Shown piece by piece: positions 32,088-41,939 of a DNA stretch of 64,000 bases. The notes below the pieces were generated by a model. The model saw only the letters and a program-made list of their open reading frames with translations, did not search any database and was not told where the DNA came from. Position numbers and translations under genes: made by a program. This stretch comes from a bacterium (GTDB lineage Bacteria > UBA8248): NCBI GenBank assembly GCA_965202625.1, contig CBDBBI010000010.1, positions 864,001-928,000 of the forward strand. The letters run 5' to 3'. Numbering within the stretch: position 1 is the stretch's first letter; every line of letters begins with the position of its first letter.

Positions 32088-33512
32088 CTAAAATGGCGTA
32101 TCTTCCTCCTCGGGGAATCCGGGTTCCGCATATTCCGAGGCTACGCTCGCACCTTCATGGAATGAATCCAGGTTCACAAATCGAGCATATTCAGGGAAAA
32201 ATTTAAGACTCAAGTCGCCAGTCGGCCCGTTGCGCTGTTTGGCAAGGATGACGGTGGTGAGACCCTTATTTTCAGGCGTGGCCTCGTAATACTCCTCTCG
32301 ATACAACAAGGCCACAACATCTGCATCTTGCTCTATGGAGCCGGATTCACGTAAGTCCGCAAGGTTAGGACGTTTGCCCTCCCTCTGCTCCGGCGCCCTA
32401 GAGAGCTGGCTGAGGGCCACAACGGGAACGTTGAGCTCCTTAGCCAAGCTCTTTAGCCCCCATGAGATTTCACTAATTTCGCGCTGACGACTCTCCGAGA
32501 AACGACCCTTGTTGCGCACAAGCTGGAGATAATCGACGATGACGAGACCCAAACCTCGATCCGCCTGGATGCGGCGGCATTTCGCTCTGATGTCAAACAT
32601 GGACAAATCCGTCGCATCATCCACGTAAATGGAAGCCTCGGAAAGTTCGCCTGCGCTTCGAATCAAATCAGGCCATTTTTGGGACGGCATATAACCGCTT
32701 TGCAGTTGTCTGGAATTCACCATGGCCCGTCCACACATCATGCGAATGGCCAACGCGCGCGCGCTCATCTCAAGACTGAATATCGCCGTGGCCGTTTTCG
32801 ATGACAAAGCGGCGTATTCAGCGATGCATAGAGCAAACGCCGTCTTCCCCATACTCGGACGACCGGCGATGATGACCAATTCCCCGGGCTGCAAACCACT
32901 TGTCAATTTATCCAAATCGGAAAATCCCGTAGGAACTCCCGTAACCAGTTCCTTACGATCATAAAGCTCCTCTAGGTAGGGAAACGTATCTTTGATAACC
33001 TCTCGCATCTCTTCCACGCTCTGCTGATAACGACCCGATGAGACCTCCAGCATGGCGCGTTCCGCATCGTCCACGAGCGCGTCGACCTCCTCCTCGCCCG
33101 AGAGCGCTCGGTGCGCAATGGCGTTCGAAGTGGTTATCAGCTCTCTCAATAACGCCGTGTTTCTAATGAGTTTTGCGTAGGTATCCGCACGCCTAGCGCT
33201 GGAGACATCGTCCGCCAAGCGGGCGATATATTCAGCGCCCCCCGCTGTATCGATTGTCCCCGCTTTTTTCAGGACGTCGGCGAGGGTAAGGAGGTCAATG
33301 GGCTCGGATTGCTCGAAAAGCCTGAGCATTCCCTCATAGATGACCTGATGGCGCCTGCGGTAGAAATGCTCTGGTCGCAACACTTCCATGACGGGCGGCG
33401 TCATCGAGCCATCAAGCAACAAAGCTCCCAGAACGCGCTGCTCCGCCTCGATGTTTTGCGGGGGAAGATGGCCCGGCTGCTCGGACCGCTCCTTGCGAGC
33501 GGGCGTTTCCAC
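32088..33512 (-). CDS. dnaB: Replicative DNA helicase DnaB
   Basis: PPQNIEAEQ.VLG, GRPSMGKT, FSLEM, VDYLQL, ALSQLSR, DLRESGSIEQDAD, KQRNGPTG; no intein. Confidence 0.98.
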   Translation of the reverse strand: METPARKERSEQPGHLPPQNIEAEQRVLGALLLDGSMTPPVMEVLRPEHFYRRRHQVIYEGMLRLFEQSEPIDLLTLADVLKKAGTIDTAGGAEYIARLADDVSSARRADTYAKLIRNTALLRELITTSNAIAHRALSGEEEVDALVDDAERAMLEVSSGRYQQSVEEMREVIKDTFPYLEELYDRKELVTGVPTGFSDLDKLTSGLQPGELVIIAGRPSMGKTAFALCIAEYAALSSKTATAIFSLEMSARALAIRMMCGRAMVNSRQLQSGYMPSQKWPDLIRSAGELSEASIYVDDATDLSMFDIRAKCRRIQADRGLGLVIVDYLQLVRNKGRFSESRQREISEISWGLKSLAKELNVPVVALSQLSRAPEQREGKRPNLADLRESGSIEQDADVVALLYREEYYEATPENKGLTTVILAKQRNGPTGDLSLKFFPEYARFVNLDSFHEGASVASEYAEPGFPEEEDTPF

Positions 33513-33619
33513 CTTAAAACTCCAATGGCATTTCGTGGAATGAACCGGGCACTTTCGTTAGATTACAGTAAATGGCAAGAAGATCAAATACGAGCAAACG
33601 ATATTCCCAGATCGAAATG

Positions 33620-33652
33620 AAAAAAGGGGAGGTGTTCGCACCAGCCCTCCTT
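33620..33652 (-). terminator. Possible intrinsic terminator after rplI
   Basis: Minus strand AAGGAGGGCTGGTGCGAACACCTCCCCTTTTTT: GC-rich imperfect hairpin followed by a U6 tract. Confidence 0.5.
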
Positions 33653-33713
33653 ATACATCTGATATTATTGGTATTGCTTGCGATGTGCAGAAGATGCCCG
33701 AACGCATAAAACT

Positions 33714-34307
33714 TTATTCGGGCTTTTCCGCCTCGCCTTCGGGCACCTGCGCCTCACTTCGTTCATTCTCCGCAACGCCATCGGTTGTGGCGGTTGCGCG
33801 CGATTGCGTCTGAACTTCATCGGAACTCTCACCAGCTTCCTCAGGCCTCTCCTCTACGAACGCCTCATCCGGCATCACTCTAACCTGGACGGACGCCTGC
33901 ACGTTCTGATACAGCCTGATGGCGACTGCATACTCTCCCACCTTTTTAATCGGTTCATCCAAAACGATTTTTCTTCGGTCCACTACGAGACCTTTCTCCT
34001 GCAAGGCCTCTTCGATCATCCGATTCGTCACCGAGCCAAACAGCTTGCCATCTTCACCTACGCGCATTGAAAATTCGACTTGGACCCCTGCGAATTCGCT
34101 CGCGAAATCCTCCGCTCCTCGCTGCGCCGCCTGGATTTGCGCTTCTCGCAAGCGTCGTTCATGTTGCGCCGCGCGCAGCGTGCTCGCAGTCGCATGGAGG
34201 GCCATGCCCTTGGGGATCAGGTAGTTGAGGCCATAGCCGTCCGTCACCTCCACGACGTCCCCCACCTCTCCAAGATGCTCTACCTCTTTACGCAATATCA
34301 GGCGCAT
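33714..34307 (-). CDS. rplI: 50S ribosomal protein bL9 with acidic C-terminal extension
   Basis: LG..GDVVEV.DGY..NYLIPKG.A, GKLFGSVT, PIKKVGEY; GGAGGTG RBS before ATG 34307. Confidence 0.96.
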   Translation of the reverse strand: MRLILRKEVEHLGEVGDVVEVTDGYGLNYLIPKGMALHATASTLRAAQHERRLREAQIQAAQRGAEDFASEFAGVQVEFSMRVGEDGKLFGSVTNRMIEEALQEKGLVVDRRKIVLDEPIKKVGEYAVAIRLYQNVQASVQVRVMPDEAFVEERPEEAGESSDEVQTQSRATATTDGVAENERSEAQVPEGEAEKPE

Positions 34308-34323
34308 CGCTTCCACCTCCGAC

Positions 34324-34593
34324 TTACGAGTGGTCTACGGTGTAGGGCATCAGTGCCATATAACGCGCGCGCTTAATCGCCACCGTCAACTGACGCTGAA
34401 AACGGGCGGACGTGCCCGTCACCCGGCGGGGAATAATCTTTCCCCGCTCACTCACCATATTGCGAAGCGTCTTCACGTCTTTATAATCGATATAAGCCAC
34501 GCCATCCGCCGTGAAGCGGCATATTTTCTTCCGTTGAAAACGCTTTTTTTTTCTTTTTTTCTTATCACCAAATCCACGGGGAACTAATGACAT
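34324..34593 (-). CDS. rpsR: 30S ribosomal protein bS18
   Basis: IDYKDVKTL...[13 protein letters not shown]...QRQL..AIKRAR..ALMPY. Confidence 0.97.
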   Translation of the reverse strand: MSLVPRGFGDKKKRKKKRFQRKKICRFTADGVAYIDYKDVKTLRNMVSERGKIIPRRVTGTSARFQRQLTVAIKRARYMALMPYTVDHS

Positions 34594-34628
34594 GTCAACC
34601 TCCTAGAACTCGCAAACAAGCTTACGCC

Positions 34629-35051
34629 TCAAAATGGTATATCGTCATCCGTCATAGGCGACTCCTGCGGGGGCGGCGCATAAGATGCACTATGTCCTGG
34701 GCTCGCCCCACCCGTCATCTCATTCGGGCGAGAAATGAAATGGATATTATTCGCCACGACCTCGTGCTTGCTGCGTTTCGATCCATCCTGCGCTTCCCAA
34801 GAGCGGAAACTCAATCGACCTTCCACCACGAGCGGGCTACCCTTGCCCGTCTGCTCCATCACCCAATCGCCTTGGCGTCCATAGACAACCACGTCCACAA
34901 AGCACGTGTCTTCTTTCCAGTCATCCCCGCTGCGATATCGCCGGTTGACCGCGAATCCAAACGAAACGACGGAATTGCCGGAAGGCAAAAAGCGCTTTTC
35001 AGGATCCCGCGTGATGTTCCCCCGGAGATAAACGGAATTCATTTGCGCCAT
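34629..35051 (-). CDS. ssb: Single-stranded DNA-binding protein
   Basis: MNSVYL.GN.TRDPE, VEGRL..RSWE..DG.KRS, C-terminal DDDIPF; GGAGGTG RBS before ATG 35051. Confidence 0.96.
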   Translation of the reverse strand: MAQMNSVYLRGNITRDPEKRFLPSGNSVVSFGFAVNRRYRSGDDWKEDTCFVDVVVYGRQGDWVMEQTGKGSPLVVEGRLSFRSWEAQDGSKRSKHEVVANNIHFISRPNEMTGGASPGHSASYAPPPQESPMTDDDIPF

Positions 35052-35064
35052 CACGACACCTCCG

Positions 35065-35484
35065 CTACCGACTAGGCGGCCCATGCGATGAATGGGCGTC
35101 CGATCGGCCAGAAGAGCCCCCATCGCTACTCGTCGAAACGGCCCCTCTTTCCCTGGCGGTTGCACTTTTCGCATTTTTCGCCAGCTTCCGCATGAGGGTT
35201 TCGTCCAGCCGCACCGTCATATAGCGCCACGTTTGCTCATCAATGCGCATGCCACGCTCGATATTCGCCACAACCCCCGGATCCGAATGATGCGTGACGA
35301 CGAAATACACTCCGTGCCGCTGGCGATTGATCGGATAAGCAAGGCGCTTCTTTCCCCATCGATCCACGTTCAAGACCTCTCCCCCTCCCTCGGTCACCTG
35401 CTTTTCGAAGTTGGAAATTTTCTCCTCCACTGTTTCATCAGTGAGCTCCGGGGACAGTAAAACCATTGTTTCATATCGTCTCAT
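35065..35484 (-). CDS. rpsF: 30S ribosomal protein bS6
   Basis: MRRYETMVLLSP, WGKKRLAYPI, G.Y; first gene of rpsF-ssb-rpsR-rplI. Confidence 0.96.
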   Translation of the reverse strand: MRRYETMVLLSPELTDETVEEKISNFEKQVTEGGGEVLNVDRWGKKRLAYPINRQRHGVYFVVTHHSDPGVVANIERGMRIDEQTWRYMTVRLDETLMRKLAKNAKSATARERGAVSTSSDGGSSGRSDAHSSHGPPSR

Positions 35485-35540
35485 GTAATCCTCCTCTCGG
35501 ACTGGGCGGCCCCGAACCTCCTCGGCCGGAGCGAGGAGCC
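35485..35540 (-). promoter_or_regulatory. S6:S18 ribosomal-protein autoregulatory leader RNA
   Basis: Minus strand GGCTCCTCGC...GGGGCCGCCCAGTCCGAGAGGAGG-attac-ATG. The 5' CTCCT can pair with the AGGAG SD, and the CCG-containing internal loop resembles the Firmicutes-type rpsF leader (compared from memory). Confidence 0.75.
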
Positions 35541-35639
35541 AAATGCTCGCCAAAGGTTAGCACCAAACGCCCTCGGCAGGCTAGGCGAACCCTAGGGAAG
35601 ATGGAGTTAAGAAAACCCTCAGACAAAGTCTCGCCGCCA

Positions 35640-37637
35640 TCAGAAGAGCGGCGCCAACACCAAGGAGACGATTGACATCAACTTGATCAAGATGTTCATT
35701 GAAGGACCCGAGGTATCCTTCATCGGGTCCCCTACCGTATCGCCCACTACGGCGGCTTTATGCGCTTCAGAACCCTTGCCGCCAAGTTTGCCATCCTCTA
35801 TCTCTTTCTTCGCATTATCCCAGGCTCCGCCCGCATTCGCCATCAGCAAAGCGAGGAGAACACCTGAAAGCAAAGCGCCGGCGAGCATTCCGCCCAAAGC
35901 CTCTTTGCCCATCAGATAGCCCACCACGATGGGAGCGACAACAGCCGTAACGCCGGGGAGCACCATTTCCCGAAGAGCGGCCTGGGTACTAATATCGATG
36001 CAGCGCGCGCTGTCAGGGTCTGCGTCGCCTTCCATAATGCCAGGAATCTCACGGAACTGCCGTCTGATTTCCTGAATCATGATGAACGCGGCCTTACCGA
36101 CAGACTTCATCGTAAGCGCCCCAATCAAGAATGGAATCGCGCCGCCGATGAACATGCCGGCGACGACCTTCGCCTGCGTGAGATCAATCTGCGTGAGATT
36201 GGCCGCCTTCGTGTATGCGGCGTAAAAAGCCAGAGCGGTCAGCGCAGCGGAACCAATCGCAAACCCCTTGCCTATCGCCGCAGTGGTATTTCCGAGCGCA
36301 TCCAGGCCATCCGTAATTTTTCGAGTCTCTGGCCCCAGGTCACTCATCTCCGTTATTCCGCCTGCGTTATCGGCGATTGGACCGTAGGCGTCGACCGACA
36401 TCGTAATTCCGATGGTCGCCAGCATCCCCACGGCGGCGATCGATATACCGTAAAGCCCCGCCCAATTGTTTGAAGCCAAGGTCACCACTGCCAACACAAT
36501 CAAGGGAGCGCACACGCTCTCCAAGCCCACGGCAAAGCCGCCAATGATATTTGTCGCCACTCCGGTCTCGGACGCAGAGACGATCTCGCCAACGGGCTTT
36601 CCACCTGTTCCCGTGTAATATTCGGTCAGCCAGCCAATTAAAATGCCGCCACCAGCGCCAAAGAGGATAGAACCAAACACTCCGCCTTTAAGACTCAAGA
36701 CGCTCGTGATGAAATACGCCAAGATGATGAATACAATCGTTGCGATTCCGGTAGCGCTCCTCAGCGCGACGGCTGGGTTTTTCGAAGCCAGTGCCTTCAT
36801 TGAGACAATACCGATTGAAGAGGAAACCAAACCCATCATAGCCAGCAACAAGGGCAGGGCCATCACCGCCGAGCTATTCGCCCCCAAAGCCGTGCCCATC
36901 GTTGAGCCAATGAATATAGTCGAAATGATGGCACCCACGTAGGATTCAAACAGGTCGGCTCCCATTCCAGCTACATCACCCACGCAATCCCCTACATTGT
37001 CAGCGATCACGGCCGGATTTCGTGGGTCGTCCTCGGGTATGTTCGCCTCCACCTTTCCGACAAGATCGGCCCCCACATCCGCGGTTTTCGTAAAAATACC
37101 CCCGCCCACGCGAGCGAACAGGGCGATTGAGCTAGCGCCCATGGAAAAACCATTGATAACACTGACGTTGCTCGCGTCTTTGAGCACCTCGAAATACCAA
37201 AACAACGCGCCCACGCCCAAAAGCCCCAGGCTCGCAACAGAAAGGCCCATAACGGTTCCGCCAAAGAACGCCATGGAAAGAGCACCCGCCTGGCCGCCGC
37301 CTGAATTCGCCGCCGCCGCCGTTCTCACGTTCGCCTTCGTCGCTGCGTTCATGCCGAAAAATCCAGCGAGAACCGAGCAGACCGCGCCAACGATAAACGC
37401 AATCCCCGTTTTTACGGATATTGCAACGACCAGGAGAACAAAAACGGCCAAGACAAAAATAGTGAGAATCTTGTATTCTCTCTTCAAAAACACCATTGCG
37501 CCTTCATGAATTCGGCCAGCGAGTTTTCTCATCAAATCGTTGCCGTCAGATTGCTTTGAAATCCAACCATAAATCGCCGCCGCCAAAATCAGTCCCGCAA
37601 TTCCGAAGATTGCGGCCATGTTTGAAAAAGCAACCAT
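35640..37637 (-). CDS. hppA: Membrane-bound cation-translocating pyrophosphatase, K+-dependent, probably Na+-pumping
   Basis: [87 protein letters not shown]. Confidence 0.97.
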   Translation of the reverse strand: MVAFSNMAAIFGIAGLILAAAIYGWISKQSDGNDLMRKLAGRIHEGAMVFLKREYKILTIFVLAVFVLLVVAISVKTGIAFIVGAVCSVLAGFFGMNAATKANVRTAAAANSGGGQAGALSMAFFGGTVMGLSVASLGLLGVGALFWYFEVLKDASNVSVINGFSMGASSIALFARVGGGIFTKTADVGADLVGKVEANIPEDDPRNPAVIADNVGDCVGDVAGMGADLFESYVGAIISTIFIGSTMGTALGANSSAVMALPLLLAMMGLVSSSIGIVSMKALASKNPAVALRSATGIATIVFIILAYFITSVLSLKGGVFGSILFGAGGGILIGWLTEYYTGTGGKPVGEIVSASETGVATNIIGGFAVGLESVCAPLIVLAVVTLASNNWAGLYGISIAAVGMLATIGITMSVDAYGPIADNAGGITEMSDLGPETRKITDGLDALGNTTAAIGKGFAIGSAALTALAFYAAYTKAANLTQIDLTQAKVVAGMFIGGAIPFLIGALTMKSVGKAAFIMIQEIRRQFREIPGIMEGDADPDSARCIDISTQAALREMVLPGVTAVVAPIVVGYLMGKEALGGMLAGALLSGVLLALLMANAGGAWDNAKKEIEDGKLGGKGSEAHKAAVVGDTVGDPMKDTSGPSMNILIKLMSIVSLVLAPLF

Positions 37638-37725
37638 TATCTGCCTTTCCTCCTCCTAGTGAGCTTGTTCATGCGAGAAGCGCTTGGGCGTAATTTAATA
37701 GATGAGCGAAATATGCGAACTGGAT

Positions 37726-38271
37726 TCAGGATTTAGGGCCAATCACAAAATCAGACGCTCTTCGCACCGCCTCATCAACGGCGGGCTCCAATGCATCTAT
37801 TTCATGCCTAAGAAGAGATTCTAGCACCCAATCCGCGCCATTCACGCTCTTTGGTGGTCGGCCCAACCCAATACGCAAACGGGCGAAAACATCCGTTCCC
37901 AATGAGTGGATGATACTGGCAACCCCATTATGACCAGCGTCTCCACCTGATTTTTTAAATTTCACGCGACCAATCTCGATATCCATATCGTCGTGAATGA
38001 CGAGCAAACCCTTGGGCTCCAATCCCTCTCCCGTCAATAGTGCTCTCACCGCCTTGCCGCTTACATTCATAAACGTCTGAGGCTTCGCAAGTATGAATTT
38101 CCATCCCTGTAACGATCCGCCGCCCACAAGGGCGTGATGTTTAGAATCACGCATTGATATACGATGGGAGCGAGCCATCCTGTCCACCGCCCAAAATCCC
38201 ATATTGTGCCTCGTCAAAACGTACTCTATACCAGGATTGCCAAGACCGACGATGAGAACCGCACCAGCCAT
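37726..38271 (-). CDS. pth: Peptidyl-tRNA hydrolase
   Basis: IVGLGNPG, TRHNMGF, KPQTFMN.SG, HDDMD, GHNG, RLRIGLGRP. Confidence 0.96.
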   Translation of the reverse strand: MAGAVLIVGLGNPGIEYVLTRHNMGFWAVDRMARSHRISMRDSKHHALVGGGSLQGWKFILAKPQTFMNVSGKAVRALLTGEGLEPKGLLVIHDDMDIEIGRVKFKKSGGDAGHNGVASIIHSLGTDVFARLRIGLGRPPKSVNGADWVLESLLRHEIDALEPAVDEAVRRASDFVIGPKS

Positions 38272-38303
38272 CCGACCCCCAGCTCCATTTTCTTTGGGCC
38301 GCC

Positions 38304-38987
38304 TTAAGAGGCCCCCTCGGCGGAAGATGCCGTCGGTTTATCTCCCTCATAGGCCTTCGTCTCACTCGACGACGCGCCTGCCACGTCCGCTTGAACGTCG
38401 CCGTCCTCATCCTCCAGCGCTTCTTCCTCAACAGGGGCAAGAACTGTCAAGATAGGCTCATCGGCGTCTGCTATCAAATCAACACCTTCTGGAAGCCGGA
38501 TATCACGCACGTGGACTACGTCCCCAACGTTTACCCTTGTAACATCGACTCCCACTTGTTCCGGAATAGCGTTTGGAAAACATTCGACGCTCAGTTCGCG
38601 CATGAGTTGAGAGAGCGTTCCTCCAAGTTTTTCTCCGGGCGACTCACCCGTCAAAGAGAGGGGGACGGCCACTTGAATTTTTTCATCCATTCGAATCTCC
38701 AGAAAGTCCGCATGAATGATCGCACCTCTCATCGGGTCGCGCTGCAGCTCTTTCACGATAACCGGCCGCTCTGACTTGGCTTCGCCTTCGACGCGCAGTT
38801 GGAAAACGACATTGCTGCCGGCCCTCGTGCCGAGCAAAGTCTCCAATTCCTTTGGGTTGATAGTCAAGGGCGTAGAATCCCCTATCCCATACACGACGCC
38901 TGGTATCTTTCCAGATCTGCGCACCGAACGGGCGCCGCTTTTCCCCATTTGCACTCTTTTATCTACCGAAAAGAATAAGTTTTCCAT
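38304..38987 (-). CDS. rplY: 50S ribosomal protein bL25/general stress protein Ctc (long form)
   Basis: R..GKIPGVVYG, KELQRDP....HADF, Ctc/TL5 C-terminal domain, acidic tail. Confidence 0.95.
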   Translation of the reverse strand: MENLFFSVDKRVQMGKSGARSVRRSGKIPGVVYGIGDSTPLTINPKELETLLGTRAGSNVVFQLRVEGEAKSERPVIVKELQRDPMRGAIIHADFLEIRMDEKIQVAVPLSLTGESPGEKLGGTLSQLMRELSVECFPNAIPEQVGVDVTRVNVGDVVHVRDIRLPEGVDLIADADEPILTVLAPVEEEALEDEDGDVQADVAGASSSETKAYEGDKPTASSAEGAS

Positions 38988-39038
38988 TTTCTTTTTTTTG
39001 CTCCAAATATATCGCCGACCATCGGGACACCGAAGAGT

Positions 39039-40010
39039 TTATTCAAACAAACTACTGACGGACGCATTCCCATGAATACGGCGAATTGCTTCAGCCAAGA
39101 GAATCCCTACCTCTAACACTTTGATACAAGACGAATTTTCCGCCCGCTCCGAAAGTGGTATAGAGTTGCTCACCACGAGTTCAACGATGCTTGAATTCTC
39201 GATTCTCTCCACCGCTGGGCCCGACAAAACCGCGTGCGTACAACATGAAAACACTTGTCGCGCTCCGGCTTTCATCAGCGCGTCGGCTCCCTGGCTCATG
39301 GTGCCCGCAGTATCGCAAAGATCGTCCACAACCAGAACGTCGCATCCTTGCACATCTCCAATAATGTTCATCACTTCCGATTCGTTCGCCCGCTCCCGCC
39401 GCTTGTCAATGATCCCCAGCCCCGCATTCAGCCTTCTTGCATAGTCTCGCGCTCTCTCAACGCCCCCGGCATCGGGTGAAACAACAACGAGATCCTTCAA
39501 TTCTTTTTTTTTGAAATACTCTATCATGATGGGCGCCGAATACAGATGGTCCACTGGAATATCAAAAAAACCTTGTATCTGACCCGCATGCAAATCCATG
39601 GCGATGACGCGGTCCGCCCCGGAGGCAGCCAACAGGTTAGCGACCAGTTTTGCCGTGATCGGCACGCGCGGCTGCACCTTTCGGTCCTGACGCGCATATG
39701 CGAAATAGGGAATCACTGCAGTGATGCGCTCAGCGGATGAACGTCGAAACGCATCCAGCATGATGAGCATCTCCATGAGGTTCGCATTGCCTGGCGTGCA
39801 TAGGCTCTGGACGGCAAACACGTCCGCCCCCCGGATGTTCTCTTGTATACGAACGAACGTTTCGCCGTCGCTGAAATCAATGATTTCAATCGATCCGGGG
39901 CGAATACCCAAAGAATCAAAAATACTCTGATTAAGCCCTGGATTCGAGCGTCCCCCAAATACCTTGAGCCGATTTTCCGTCAACGTTCCTATCCATAAAC
40001 CATTTGGCAA
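39039..40010 (-). CDS. prs: Ribose-phosphate pyrophosphokinase (start may be TTG at 39983)
   Basis: FSDGE, PYFAYARQDRK, DLHAGQIQGFFD, VSPDAGGVERA, VDDLCDTAGT. Confidence 0.97.
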   Translation of the reverse strand: MPNGLWIGTLTENRLKVFGGRSNPGLNQSIFDSLGIRPGSIEIIDFSDGETFVRIQENIRGADVFAVQSLCTPGNANLMEMLIMLDAFRRSSAERITAVIPYFAYARQDRKVQPRVPITAKLVANLLAASGADRVIAMDLHAGQIQGFFDIPVDHLYSAPIMIEYFKKKELKDLVVVSPDAGGVERARDYARRLNAGLGIIDKRRERANESEVMNIIGDVQGCDVLVVDDLCDTAGTMSQGADALMKAGARQVFSCCTHAVLSGPAVERIENSSIVELVVSNSIPLSERAENSSCIKVLEVGILLAEAIRRIHGNASVSSLFE

Positions 40011-40127
40011 TGTATCCGCAAAGAGCGATTTTGATACTTGATTTTCCAGGCGGTGGCAAGTGGTGGGGCTAGAAATTCTCTCTATTTCTTTTTATTTTAC
40101 GAATTTCGCCAGATTTCTCATCATTTT

Positions 40128-41018
40128 TCACTTATCGCTACCTATATAAAGCATTTCCCGCAAGGGTTTGGCGATAAAAAATTCGCCCCTTTCGCTCTTC
40201 TGAATACTGATTGCCGCCCGCTCGGCTTCTCCTTTTTGACGAAATACGCCGAAAATCGTCGAGCCGCTTCCGCTCATCATCGCCCTTTGAGCACCGTGGT
40301 GAAGGAGCATGGTGCGGAGGTTCTCCAGATTCGGAAATTTTGAAAAAACGACGGCTTCTAAATCATTACCATATTCACATCGCCGAAGGCGCATCCCGAC
40401 CTCACGTCCGTCAAAACCTCGCCTATCTTCACGCAACTTGCTCCGAGACCAAGCATAGACGTTGCGGGTGGATAGTCGTATGGGTGGCTTGATCAGCAAA
40501 AACCAGCCGCTCTTCAAAGCTTCTTTTTCCTCGATTCGCTCGCCGCGCCCCCGGCACACCGCCGCCGGCCCATGCAAAAAAAACGGAACGTCAGAGCCGA
40601 CGCGAGCGGCAACCTCCATCAACTCTTTCTTGTCCATATTCAGACCCCACAGCTGATTTAACGCCCAGAGCGTTCCCGCTGCGTTACCGCTTCCCCCGCC
40701 AAGACCCGCGTCCACGGGGATATTTTTTTTCAAATAGATGCGCGCGCCAAGCACATCTCGCCCCGATGCTTCTCTCAAGACACTCGCCGCTCGATGCACA
40801 ATGTTCGCCTTCCCATCCGGAACGTCATTTCGGTCCGCATGCGCATAAATCATGTTTTCGCACGGCTCAATGCAAATCTCATCATAAAGAGATACCTGCT
40901 GCATCCACGTCATGATTTCGTGATAGCCATCACCGCGCAGGCCCAAAACCCTCAGGCGCAAATTCACCTTCGCGGGCGTCTTGAAAACCACGCATCCAGA
41001 AACACCCCCGCCACCCAT
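40128..41018 (-). CDS. ispE: 4-diphosphocytidyl-2-C-methyl-D-erythritol kinase
   Basis: PAKVNL.L, DGYHE, KNIPVDAGLGGGSGNAA, GSDVPFF, NDLE, MSGSGST. Confidence 0.96.
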   Translation of the reverse strand: MGGGGVSGCVVFKTPAKVNLRLRVLGLRGDGYHEIMTWMQQVSLYDEICIEPCENMIYAHADRNDVPDGKANIVHRAASVLREASGRDVLGARIYLKKNIPVDAGLGGGSGNAAGTLWALNQLWGLNMDKKELMEVAARVGSDVPFFLHGPAAVCRGRGERIEEKEALKSGWFLLIKPPIRLSTRNVYAWSRSKLREDRRGFDGREVGMRLRRCEYGNDLEAVVFSKFPNLENLRTMLLHHGAQRAMMSGSGSTIFGVFRQKGEAERAAISIQKSERGEFFIAKPLREMLYIGSDK

Positions 41019-41026
41019 GAGATGCG

Positions 41027-41857
41027 CTATCCTCCCAGCCAGAAGGTTTTGGCGTCTTGAGGTGGTTCCAAACGAAACAATTCATCTGAAAATATGGCGT
41101 TCCCTACTCCCTCATCGTGAGGATACGAGATGTGGAGCCGGTTTTCACCCCTCGGTCCCGTAATCTCCACATGAGAGGGCCGCCATGCCCCTTTGTCCAT
41201 GAGAAACGCGCCGTAACGGACCATAATCGTCCCCCGCAGTGTGCGAACCCCTATTTTTAGGGGATGCCAATCGTGAGGCGCCAACTCGACAGATCCCCAA
41301 GCCTCCCTTCGCGATCCTCCCTTCACTTCCAACAAATAGGGGGATCTACGATTTTTGAAATCAAGGTTTCTCTCATCCCCCAGCGCGGCCAGCCAATTGC
41401 CCAACAATAGATTGACGAAAACGCCGCCATTCAGCGGAAGTCCCAAAATCCGCTCAACTCCCCGCTCATTCGTCCTGCCTACATAGATCGCGTTGCGAGA
41501 TGGAGAATAAACACGAAACGATCCCTCATGGGCGACAACGACCATCAGCGGTGCGCCAAAGGGCGAAAGGGGTTCGAGCCGTAGCGAGTCCGGCCCCCGC
41601 AAAACCAAAACCACTCTGCCAGAAAACGAACCACCGGGAACCAACGGGCTCGCAAGTCCTATTTTCTCTTTGCGGCGTGAAAACCACAATTGCATGGACG
41701 CGACGCCTCGATACGAGCGGAGGTATCGTCTTTGTCTCAGCTCGGCGAGCATTTCCGCCCAAGACGCATCACGCGGGGGCGTCTCCCCCGCTTCATGACC
41801 GAGACAACCGGCCACTCCAAAAAATAAGAATACCAGACAAAAACGCAAGGCACGCAA
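41027..41857 (-). CDS. LolB-like / lipoprotein-carrier-fold lipoprotein
   Basis: Lipobox VAGC after a hydrophobic signal; LRLE.LSPFG.P motif; sits where lolB lies in the TPR-lolB-ispE-prs cluster. Confidence 0.65.
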   Translation of the reverse strand: MRALRFCLVFLFFGVAGCLGHEAGETPPRDASWAEMLAELRQRRYLRSYRGVASMQLWFSRRKEKIGLASPLVPGGSFSGRVVLVLRGPDSLRLEPLSPFGAPLMVVVAHEGSFRVYSPSRNAIYVGRTNERGVERILGLPLNGGVFVNLLLGNWLAALGDERNLDFKNRRSPYLLEVKGGSRREAWGSVELAPHDWHPLKIGVRTLRGTIMVRYGAFLMDKGAWRPSHVEITGPRGENRLHISYPHDEGVGNAIFSDELFRLEPPQDAKTFWLGG

Positions 41858-41939
41858 AAATCAGACATCCTTGGCGGAAGAAGGCGAGAAAACTTTGAAA
41901 GAACATGGTGATGGCGGAGGCGGCAAAGCGTTCAAGGAA

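Noticed and set aside
40040-40085. tRNA or tRNA fragment in the ispE-prs spacer
   Set aside because: Only a CCA-ending string; no T-arm consensus, anticodon arm or D-arm.
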